DNA of 14,416 nt from Chlamydiia bacterium. GTDB lineage: Bacteria > Chlamydiota > Chlamydiia > Chlamydiales > Parachlamydiaceae. A program made the position numbers and the translations under genes. Within the stretch, counting starts at the first letter, position 1. The number at the start of each line of letters is the position of its first letter. The notes below the pieces were generated by a model, which saw only the letters and a program-made list of their open reading frames with translations, searched no databases and was not told where the DNA came from. The stretch lies in assembly GCA_038257035.1 (NCBI GenBank), contig JBBSJT010000060.1, positions 1 through 14,416 on the forward strand. The letters run 5' to 3'. This document shows positions 7,081-14,416 of the stretch, piece by piece.

Positions 7081-8193
7081 TTAGATGATGTCGACGGCGA
7101 CTGTGTCGTAAAAGAGTATTCCTCTTCTAGTCAACTTAATAACATCCCCGTTCTTCTCTATAAAACCGTCTTTGACAAGCTTATCGATTGAGGCCCACAC
7201 ATCCTTTTCTAAAGAACCATGCAACTCTTGAAATTTAGTAAGGTCAACCCCTTTAATCAATCGAAGATTGATTGCAAGAAGCTCTTTTCGTCTACTTTGA
7301 GGGTCAAGTTCTTCCTTAAAGTCTACAGGGGAGTTGTTTTCTAAGAGTAGTTTGTGGTAATGGCTTAAATTGGATATGTTTTGAAAGCGTTTATTTTTGT
7401 AGTAACTAAATGCTGAAGGGCCAAGCCCCAAGAATGTGCGTCCTATCCAATAACCTACATTATGTAATGAATGGAGTCCGGGGAGGGAAAAAGCAGAAAT
7501 TTCATATTGATTAAGTTTTGTCGTAATGATCTCAACAGCCATCTCATACATGCGAAGACTAGTTTCTTCATCAGGCAATAATTTTTCTAGCTGGTTTTTA
7601 TTTTTAAAGAAAACTGTATGTGGCTCAATGGTTAAATTGTAGAGAGATAAATGGGTGATTGGAAGCTCAACAACTTGTTTTAAGGTGTTTTCCCACATGA
7701 TCAAATTTTGGCTTGGCAGATCATACATCAAGTCGATGGAAATATTATGAATTCCAGCATGATGTGTTTCATAAACGGCTTCGATTGCTTTTTGTCCTGA
7801 ATGTAGGCGTCCCAATGTTTTAAGAAGCTGCGGATCAAGAGATTGAATGCCGATGCTCACTCGGTTAACACCTGCATCTTTATAGGCACTCATCAATTCT
7901 CTTGTGATGTTTTCAGGATTTGCTTCAAGAGTTACTTCAATTGGTTTTGGTAACCAGCTTAAAATTTCGGCGATGGCTTCTGCCCCAAGAAGAGAAGGGG
8001 TGCCGCCCCCAAAGTAGACGGTCACAAGCTGTTTTGATTCAACAATGGCTTGAAGCCTTTTCCATTCAAGACGAAAACCCTCCATCAATTGCTTTTTAAG
8101 AGGGTCTTTATCGGGAAGGACATAAAAATGACAGTAGGAACATTTTTTTGTGCAAAAAGGAATGTGGAAATATAAACTAATCTCTTCTTTCAA
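7081..8193 (-). CDS. hemW: Radical SAM heme chaperone HemW (HemN-like)
   Basis: LYFHIPFCTKKCSYC (CxxxCxxC), YFGGGTPS, EVTLEANP, YEISAF, HNVGYW. The TTG start abuts the upstream stop codon. Confidence 0.9.
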   Translation of the reverse strand: MKEEISLYFHIPFCTKKCSYCHFYVLPDKDPLKKQLMEGFRLEWKRLQAIVESKQLVTVYFGGGTPSLLGAEAIAEILSWLPKPIEVTLEANPENITRELMSAYKDAGVNRVSIGIQSLDPQLLKTLGRLHSGQKAIEAVYETHHAGIHNISIDLMYDLPSQNLIMWENTLKQVVELPITHLSLYNLTIEPHTVFFKNKNQLEKLLPDEETSLRMYEMAVEIITTKLNQYEISAFSLPGLHSLHNVGYWIGRTFLGLGPSAFSYYKNKRFQNISNLSHYHKLLLENNSPVDFKEELDPQSRRKELLAINLRLIKGVDLTKFQELHGSLEKDVWASIDKLVKDGFIEKNGDVIKLTRRGILFYDTVAVDII

Positions 8194-8688
8194 TTACCAC
8201 TCATCTGCATCGGGGTCTACAATACCGCCACGTTTCCAGCGATTTTTATCGCTAAAGTAGGAGTCATCACTGTCTGAATCATCATCGTCATCATCATCAT
8301 CGCTATCGCCACTGGATCCATTTTCTGTTTCATCTCTTTCTTCAATAACAGAGGATTCAACGTCAGCAGCTTCTGAATCCATGTCAAATCCTGAATCGGC
8401 AAAGGATCCACCGGTTTCGCCGATGTCGATATCGGGAATAGTGGGCATTTCTGTATAGCCTGTTCTTGCTGATTGGCGCTTTGGTGTAATGTATTCTTCG
8501 GTTTCGCCGCTTTCTTTAAGGAATTGTAGGCGTTCTTTTTCTTCTTCGATTTTAAGCTTTACACCAACGATTTCTTCTTTATGCTTTTCTATATCTTTTT
8601 TAGGAACTAGTCCAAGTTTTAGCCATTGCTCGAGATCGTTTAATTCTCCCTCAAGTTTTTTTAGCCTTTCACTTTTAACATGTCTCAT
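8194..8688 (-). CDS. Chlamydiae-conserved protein, CT053 homologue (coiled-coil N-terminus, acidic C-terminus)
   Basis: KSERLKKLE..L.DL.QW..LGLVPKK and FSD.NRW.RGGI.DPDA.EW match my recollection of C. trachomatis CT053, which also lies next to the hemN-like CT052. Confidence 0.8.
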   Translation of the reverse strand: MRHVKSERLKKLEGELNDLEQWLKLGLVPKKDIEKHKEEIVGVKLKIEEEKERLQFLKESGETEEYITPKRQSARTGYTEMPTIPDIDIGETGGSFADSGFDMDSEAADVESSVIEERDETENGSSGDSDDDDDDDDSDSDDSYFSDKNRWKRGGIVDPDADEW

Positions 8689-8755
8689 TTTATTTACCCA
8701 AAGCGTTAAATTTGATTTTCAAAAATTTCATTACTCTTCATATCACATACTTACA

Positions 8756-10534
8756 TTACATTTCAACTCTTTTCGGTAAAGCAATATTTTTATGTTTGAT
8801 AAAAACTATCGTCAAAAAAATTAATTCTGCTATTAAAAAAAAGTAATAGTATATTTCTCCCCCACTTCCAAAACCATAACTATGAAGACCTGTTCCTAAT
8901 ATATAGTTTACACCATACCAGGTAAAGCTAATAGCCAGTAAACCGATAACGGAACCAACGCACAAACCAAAGTTTTTAACTTTATTAAAGCGATGGGCGT
9001 GAATGAAAATCATGTAAATGCAGCAAGAAATAAAAGCCCAAGATTCTTTTGGATCCCAGTCCCAAAAACGCCCCCAACTTTCTGCAGCCCAAACGCCGCC
9101 TAAAATTGTACCGGGAATAAGCATGAAGCAGCCAACATACATTGTTTTTAAAACAGAATCAGCAACAGCATTCATTTCTTTGTTTTCCTTTTTAGTAAAA
9201 AGAAAAGAGCCTAAATAGATGTGTCCTAAAATTCCTGATAAACAAAAAATACCATAGCTTCCAACTATCAACAACACATGTACCGTCAACCAGTATTGCG
9301 AATCTAAAACAGCCTGAGGCTGTTCGAGCTGTCTACTTAAATTGGTCACTTCTAAAAGAATAAGAAGGGTAAGGGCTGAAAAGCTAGAAGCAATCAAAAG
9401 CAGTGCATTTTTAGTCATATAATAAAAGACAATGCCGGCAATAATTGCAATCCAAGGCACATAAATAACAGTTTCAAACATATTAGAAACAGGAGGGCGT
9501 TCTAATATATAACAGCGCAAAGCCAAAATAAAGGTGTGAAGAATGAAACCTGCAGAAAAAATAAGAATGCTCAATAATTTTATTTTAGAATTCTTCAACG
9601 TTTTTGCAAGCAAAAAACCAATGAGTGCGATTCCATAAAGAAAAATTGCTCCTTCAATAAGTGGGTAATGAGTGTAATAATATTCCATTCTAAGCTGTAG
9701 ATAAGTTGGATAGCGGTAATTTTTTTGAAAGGCCTGCAGTGCGCTATTTTGTGAAATTGAGGCATAAGGCTCATTTAAAGCTTTTCCTAAAGCTTCAAGG
9801 CTTTTATTAATATGATTCATGTCTTTAGCGATATAAGCTTGTTCCAGGTCAAAATAGGCGTTTCTTAAGGTATTGAAACTTTCATCCTTATAGGGTGTGA
9901 AGTTACTTATCCCTTTTAAAACACCGCTTTTATCTTTAATTTGGATTTTTAATGCATGGAGCGACACCCAATTTCCTAGTTTCTTTGTAGGTAAGGCCAA
10001 GAACTTTACCCCTAAATTTTCCAAATGCGACATGAGGGGAGTTTCATGAAGAGAAAGTTTTAAATCTTTTACTATTACCCCGGTCCAAGCATGGAAGTCA
10101 TTAAGTTGTGCAATTAAGATGTTGGCGGCATTTTCATGATTCTTATCTTGCATTTCTATAAAATTCATCTTCCCTATTTTTTCAAGTGCAGGCTTTAATT
10201 CGTTATAGGAAAAATGATCTTCTTTTAAATTTAAGCTAAAAAGCCTTTTTATTTCTGCGTGGGAAATTCGAAATAAGGGTGCATCATGAAAGGGCTTTGA
10301 ACCTAAAAAATAAAATTTTAGAAAGAAGGGGAGTGGATCTGTTGTGGACATCTCAAATCGGGAAAGGTGTGACTTTTTTATTTTTTCTTTGCCGTAGAAT
10401 TCCTGTAAAAAATTCCCCGCATAGACATCCAAGGGGATAAATCTTCCCTTATACGCGACAGGCACTATTTTATATTCCTCAAACGCGCATAAAGAGCCGC
10501 ACATCAAAAAGATCATCAGCAATATCTTATACAT
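8756..10534 (-). CDS. ccsA: System II cytochrome c biogenesis protein CcsA/ResC with large N-terminal extracytoplasmic region
   Basis: WWD motif WAAESWGRFWDWDPKESWA, PVSNMFE, WLTVHV, GLHSYG and multiple TM segments. ATG 10534 (GAGGGA SD, signal-peptide-like start) is preferred over 10552. Confidence 0.88.
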   Translation of the reverse strand: MYKILLMIFLMCGSLCAFEEYKIVPVAYKGRFIPLDVYAGNFLQEFYGKEKIKKSHLSRFEMSTTDPLPFFLKFYFLGSKPFHDAPLFRISHAEIKRLFSLNLKEDHFSYNELKPALEKIGKMNFIEMQDKNHENAANILIAQLNDFHAWTGVIVKDLKLSLHETPLMSHLENLGVKFLALPTKKLGNWVSLHALKIQIKDKSGVLKGISNFTPYKDESFNTLRNAYFDLEQAYIAKDMNHINKSLEALGKALNEPYASISQNSALQAFQKNYRYPTYLQLRMEYYYTHYPLIEGAIFLYGIALIGFLLAKTLKNSKIKLLSILIFSAGFILHTFILALRCYILERPPVSNMFETVIYVPWIAIIAGIVFYYMTKNALLLIASSFSALTLLILLEVTNLSRQLEQPQAVLDSQYWLTVHVLLIVGSYGIFCLSGILGHIYLGSFLFTKKENKEMNAVADSVLKTMYVGCFMLIPGTILGGVWAAESWGRFWDWDPKESWAFISCCIYMIFIHAHRFNKVKNFGLCVGSVIGLLAISFTWYGVNYILGTGLHSYGFGSGGEIYYYFFLIAELIFLTIVFIKHKNIALPKRVEM

Positions 10535-10556
10535 TAATCCCTCACATACCATTAAT

Positions 10557-10748
10557 AAAATTTGCTAATTTGGAGTGCTGTGGCCTGACACAGCTTTGTA
10601 GCTCAAATCGACCTGGCGATTTGCAAGCCCGATTTATCGGGATTAAAGCCTTTTATTAAATAAATCGAACTTGTCGATTTAGCAGCCCGCCAGGTCGGGC
10701 TGAGGGCAAAGCGGAGCCAGGTCTCCGCACTCCAAATTAGCAAATTTT
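10557..10748. mobile_element. REP doublet (REPIN-like) with 22-bp perfect terminal inverted repeats and TGGA-type REP hairpins
   Basis: AAAATTTGCTAATTTGGAGTGC (10557-10578) and its reverse complement (10727-10748). Each end reads TGGA-GT, 6-bp stem, RCCTGR loop, stem, TTTG. Confidence 0.75.
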
Positions 10749-10771
10749 CTCATTCTTTCGTTGTGCTCTCA

Positions 10772-11758
10772 CTACCTTGTCACCACCCAAACCCGAACAC
10801 CATCGTAGCGCTCTTTAACACTTTCTATCCATTTGGTTGCATCGTCAGTTTCATCAAATAACATTAAAGTTGTTGCTAATGCATCCGCAACAAGGCAGCT
10901 TTTGGCGATAACGCTTGCGCTTGCAATCGAATTTTCTTTTATTTCTGCCAAATAGCCCGTTTTTGGATTGACGATATGAAAATAAGTTTTATTTTTTTCA
11001 ACAGACCAATTTTGTAAATAGTCTCCACTTGTTGCAATGGCCTCATTTTCAAGGTCAAGATGGGCAATGGCATCTTCAGGATTTGTATTTTGAAAGCGAC
11101 TAATGAAAATATGCCAAGGGCGATTGTCGGGATGTTGTCCCGTTGCTTTAATTTCACCGCCCCATTCAACGAATGTATTTTCATAGCCTAAATCGTTTAA
11201 TCGGGATGTTAATAAATCGACGGCGTATCCTTTTGCAATGCCACCAAGATCTAAACTTGTCTCGTCAAAATCTTTGTAAAATGTGCCATTTTCAAAATGA
11301 ATTTTATCAAAACCCACTAATTGCATTTTCTCTTGAATTTCAGTTTCAGATGGAGTAGTGCCTATTTTTAAATGTTTTTTCCATAGTTTTTGTAAAGGTT
11401 CAATGGTCGGATCAAAAAGCCCATTACTTAAAAAAACAAGTTCTTTAGTTTCGACTAAAAAAGTTTCAAGCTCTTTTGAAATGTGAACCACTGTTTTTTT
11501 TGTTAATCGATTAAGGACTGAAATTTCTGAATTTGGGTTCCATTTGTTATAGATGGCATCAATTTCATCAAAGGTTGTAGCAATAAGATTTAGGATAGTT
11601 TCATTTTGGCTTGGATCTACTGAATTTCCGACGATGATCTTATAATTCATGGTCATGGCCTGACCTTCAAATAGTGTGGATCTATTTTTTGTTTTATTTG
11701 TCGATGAGCAGCTGCAGATAATGAAACAAATAAAAAGGATATTAAGGTTTTTTCGCAT
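10772..11758 (-). CDS. apbE: FAD:protein FMN transferase, lipoprotein
   Basis: Lipoprotein signal ending ICSC; FDPTI, DLGGIAKGYAVD, ATSGDY, HIVNPKTG, ADALAT. Overlaps the folD end by 17 nt. Confidence 0.93.
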   Translation of the reverse strand: MRKNLNILFICFIICSCSSTNKTKNRSTLFEGQAMTMNYKIIVGNSVDPSQNETILNLIATTFDEIDAIYNKWNPNSEISVLNRLTKKTVVHISKELETFLVETKELVFLSNGLFDPTIEPLQKLWKKHLKIGTTPSETEIQEKMQLVGFDKIHFENGTFYKDFDETSLDLGGIAKGYAVDLLTSRLNDLGYENTFVEWGGEIKATGQHPDNRPWHIFISRFQNTNPEDAIAHLDLENEAIATSGDYLQNWSVEKNKTYFHIVNPKTGYLAEIKENSIASASVIAKSCLVADALATTLMLFDETDDATKWIESVKERYDGVRVWVVTR

Positions 11759-12620
11759 GTCTCATTTCATAGCTTAAAAGTGTGTTAGAGAGAAGCATGG
11801 CGATTGTCATTGGGCCAACTCCTCCTGGAACCGGCGTAATGAAAGAGCATTTTTCTTGCACGTTTTCAAAATCGACATCGCCAACCAGGCGGTAGTTTGA
11901 TTTTTTGGAAGAGTCTGAAATTTTATTGATTCCTACATCAATGACCACAGCACCATCTTTAACCATATCAGCCTTAATAAATAATGGTTTTCCAATTGCA
12001 ACGATTAAAATATCGGCAAGTCGGCACACTTGATCGAGGTTTTGAGTTTTTTGATGGGCAATTGTCACTGTTGCATTCCCAAAACCTCTATTTTGAACAA
12101 GCATTGCGGCTATTGGTTTGCCGACAATATTGCTTCGGCCAACAACAACCACATGTTTGCCTTCCAAATGAATTCCATAACGTTCTATTAAGACTTTTAT
12201 ACCAAGAGGTGTGCAGGGGAAAAATCCTTTAGTTTCGCCGAGCAATAAATTACCAATATTTAAAGGATGTAAGCCATCTACATCTTTTTCAGGAGAGATT
12301 TTTCGCATGATTTTTTCAGGATTAATATGAGCCGGCAATGGCAACTGTACTAAAATCCCATCGATAAGAGGATTTTGATTTAGTTTTTCGATTTCTTCAA
12401 GCAGTAGCCCTTCTTCAAAATTTTCGGGAAATTCTTTTTTTAAGGATTCCATTCCAACGAACTGGCACATTTCAACTTTTCTTGAGGTATAAACGATTGA
12501 GGCAGGGTGATTACCAACCAAGATAACGGCAAGGCAGGGTTTGCGACCGTTTATTGCGGCGATTTTTTCTTTAAGCTCTAATTCGATTTCTAATGCGACT
12601 TTTTTTCCATCAATGATCAT
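11742..12620 (-). CDS. folD: Bifunctional methylenetetrahydrofolate dehydrogenase/cyclohydrolase
   Basis: IIDGKK, DGILVQLPLP, KDVDGLHP, PCTPLG, GRSNIVGKP, TPVPGGVGPMT. GGAG SD 7 nt upstream. Confidence 0.97.
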   Translation of the reverse strand: MIIDGKKVALEIELELKEKIAAINGRKPCLAVILVGNHPASIVYTSRKVEMCQFVGMESLKKEFPENFEEGLLLEEIEKLNQNPLIDGILVQLPLPAHINPEKIMRKISPEKDVDGLHPLNIGNLLLGETKGFFPCTPLGIKVLIERYGIHLEGKHVVVVGRSNIVGKPIAAMLVQNRGFGNATVTIAHQKTQNLDQVCRLADILIVAIGKPLFIKADMVKDGAVVIDVGINKISDSSKKSNYRLVGDVDFENVQEKCSFITPVPGGVGPMTIAMLLSNTLLSYEMRHAKKP

Positions 12621-12700
12621 AGCATAACTCCTTGCACAAGTCTAGTCATGCTAAATCAATTCACATTTATTTTGTAGTTTAAAAAGGTAAGAGCCACAAA

Positions 12701-12730
12701 TATAAAGCAGGCCTTCAGGCCTGCTTTATA
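12701..12730 (-). terminator. Probable intrinsic terminator of the 534-aa gene
   Basis: 13-bp stem TATAAAGCAGGCC/GGCCTGCTTTATA with a 4-nt loop, 19 nt after the stop; T-rich tail on the minus strand. Confidence 0.65.
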
Positions 12731-12749
12731 ATAGATATAATTTCAAGCC

Positions 12750-14354
12750 TTAACCCTCTAATCTTTTGATTTCGATGGCTGCAAGTTTTAATAAACTTTC
12801 AGTTTCTGTTGTTTGTACTTTTAAAGCATTTTGAAGTTTGGGTTTATCTATTTCAATTTTTGCTTGCTGTTTTTGAATTTCTAAAGGTATTTCTTTTTGG
12901 CGTTTGGTAAGTATTTCAAGTTCACTATTTAACTTTATGTTTTTCTCTGCATCTTCATTTTGATCAATATCAGTACGTTTAATCTTTATCTTAAGCGGCA
13001 GGGTAGGTAACTCTTTTTCAAGACGGATAATAGCTTGATGGGCTGTCTTGATACTACCCGATAAGTTTTTTAAATTCTGAATGAAAAGTTGCAATTCTCT
13101 TTGTTGAACGCTTTCTGCTGTTTCAATTTTTTTTGCAACCGGCTGATTTTTAATGGATTCTAGATGTTTAATTTCATCATTAAAGGCATTAATTTTTTCC
13201 TTTAATTTAGTGACAAAAACATTTTTGTATTCATTCAACTTCACCACGTCAAAGTCCTTTTCATTTTCAGGAAAAAGCAACTCAGCTAGTTTTTTTTGAG
13301 AATTCAATCTTTCTGTTTTGGCAGACTTATATCGATCAAAAGCGGCGTCTATTTGCGGATCACTGACTTCAACAGGTTTAGCTGAAGATTTCATGGGTGC
13401 CGGGCCTCCACGTGCCTTTAAGGGTGCCGGACCCCCACGAGAACCTCCCCGAAGTCCTGTGCCTTGAGGGGATAATTTATCAAGTTCTGATTTGCTAATT
13501 GTTTCTAATTCTTTTGAACTTACGAACTTTTCTAAATTTTCTTCGAAATCATCGAATTTTTCTTTATAATCTTTTAGAATGCCCTTGAGGGTAAAAAGGT
13601 TTCTGCCGGCAAATAGGGTGGCTTCCTTAGTTTCTTCTTTTTCACTAGCAATAAGTTTTGCTTCATCCTTACTGATCGGAAATTCATAGCCTTTAGGGAC
13701 TTTAATTTCAACGACGTTTGGAGAGCGTTTCTGCTTAACCGAAAAGTCAGATTCTTGGGACTCAGATTCTTGTTTAATCGAGGGTGGCAATGTACTCGGT
13801 TTTTTAGATTCAACTTCAGGGCCTGAAACAAACGATTCTACTTTTTCTTTTGTGCCTACAAATGGTTGCTTATATTCCGCTTGACCCTCTTGAAGAGTAA
13901 ATGGAAGGGGAGGAGGAAGATCACTTGGTGGGAAATAATTTAAACAGGTCTTTTTCAAATCTCTATATACTGACGCAATTAAAATTGCTTCAGGTTCTAA
14001 TCCTGCAGAATTGTAAGTAGGAATAACTTTTTTACTAATGACAGTCTGTGCGCTATTGATTAAATTTTTCATTTCATCAATTTTTAATGCAAGATTGGCT
14101 ACTTCTTCAGGGTCCGCTTTTTGAAAATGCACACTAAAATCTATAATTCTGTTTTTCAGTCTGGTAAGGCCTGTTAGTGCAGTTTCATGATCTCCTTTAT
14201 AACTGAAAAGATTTGTAACTGTTGACAGTGTGCCGATTCTTTGGAAAAGATTTTGATTGGCATTATAATCGATTTTCCCACTGACTTGATTTAATGAAAG
14301 AAGAGTGTTAATAATACTATCTACTTCGTTGTTTAGATTAATAGGTGCTTCCAT
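12750..14354 (-). CDS. Hypothetical 534-aa Lys/Glu-rich coiled-coil protein with Pro-rich and RGG segments
   Basis: Long ORF with AAGGAG SD, its own -10 box and terminator. No family recognised. Confidence 0.8.
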   Translation of the reverse strand: MEAPINLNNEVDSIINTLLSLNQVSGKIDYNANQNLFQRIGTLSTVTNLFSYKGDHETALTGLTRLKNRIIDFSVHFQKADPEEVANLALKIDEMKNLINSAQTVISKKVIPTYNSAGLEPEAILIASVYRDLKKTCLNYFPPSDLPPPLPFTLQEGQAEYKQPFVGTKEKVESFVSGPEVESKKPSTLPPSIKQESESQESDFSVKQKRSPNVVEIKVPKGYEFPISKDEAKLIASEKEETKEATLFAGRNLFTLKGILKDYKEKFDDFEENLEKFVSSKELETISKSELDKLSPQGTGLRGGSRGGPAPLKARGGPAPMKSSAKPVEVSDPQIDAAFDRYKSAKTERLNSQKKLAELLFPENEKDFDVVKLNEYKNVFVTKLKEKINAFNDEIKHLESIKNQPVAKKIETAESVQQRELQLFIQNLKNLSGSIKTAHQAIIRLEKELPTLPLKIKIKRTDIDQNEDAEKNIKLNSELEILTKRQKEIPLEIQKQQAKIEIDKPKLQNALKVQTTETESLLKLAAIEIKRLEG

Positions 14355-14384
14355 GAATTATCTCCTTTATGTAGTACATGTTTT

Positions 14385-14393
14385 ATTATAGCA
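14385..14393 (-). promoter_or_regulatory. Putative extended -10 (TGcTATAAT) for the 534-aa gene
   Basis: + strand ATTATAGCA, 30 nt upstream of ATG 14354; the context is AT-rich, so a chance match is possible. Confidence 0.4.
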
Positions 14394-14416
14394 TTAATTA
14401 ATATAATTTATAATAA

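Noticed and set aside
7081..8193. True coproporphyrinogen dehydrogenase HemN
   Set aside because: The short N-terminus, 370-aa length and HNxxYW motif fit HemW better.
8263..8310. (TCA/TCG)n trinucleotide run
   Set aside because: It encodes the poly-Asp tract of the CT053 homologue.
658..13831. Short ORFs 658-843, 3329-3520, 3664-3966, 5409-5591, 8217-8411, 8489-8779, 9018-9218, 10939-11184, 11173-11358, 11984-12232 and 13574-13831
   Set aside because: All are nested in or antisense to well-supported genes and show no recognisable motifs; treated as shadow ORFs.

Overview
AT-rich chromosomal window, very likely from an environmental chlamydia (Parachlamydiales-like). The gene order holA, RsmI-like methyltransferase, variable slot, hemW, CT053 homologue matches C. 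trachomatis CT047/048/052/053 as I recall it, and folD-apbE is also a chlamydial gene pair. A ccsA gene and three accessory genes are interspersed: a degenerate BTB/BACK-like LRR protein, a membrane-anchored alpha/beta hydrolase and a coiled-coil Pro/RGG protein. The most unusual content is non-coding. Four long intergenic inverted-repeat elements share one layout (a T5-6 run, then a short tandem unit) but each uses a different unit: CAGGAT, CACAGAG, CGCAAAG, CGCGAAG. One of them encloses another plus a frameshifted orphan higA. A fifth, unrelated element is a TGGA-type REP doublet with covarying hairpins. Three gene ends next to the T-run elements switch abruptly to C-ending codons. No transposase or nuclease gene is in the window. 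All homology calls are from motif recognition and memory, not database searches.
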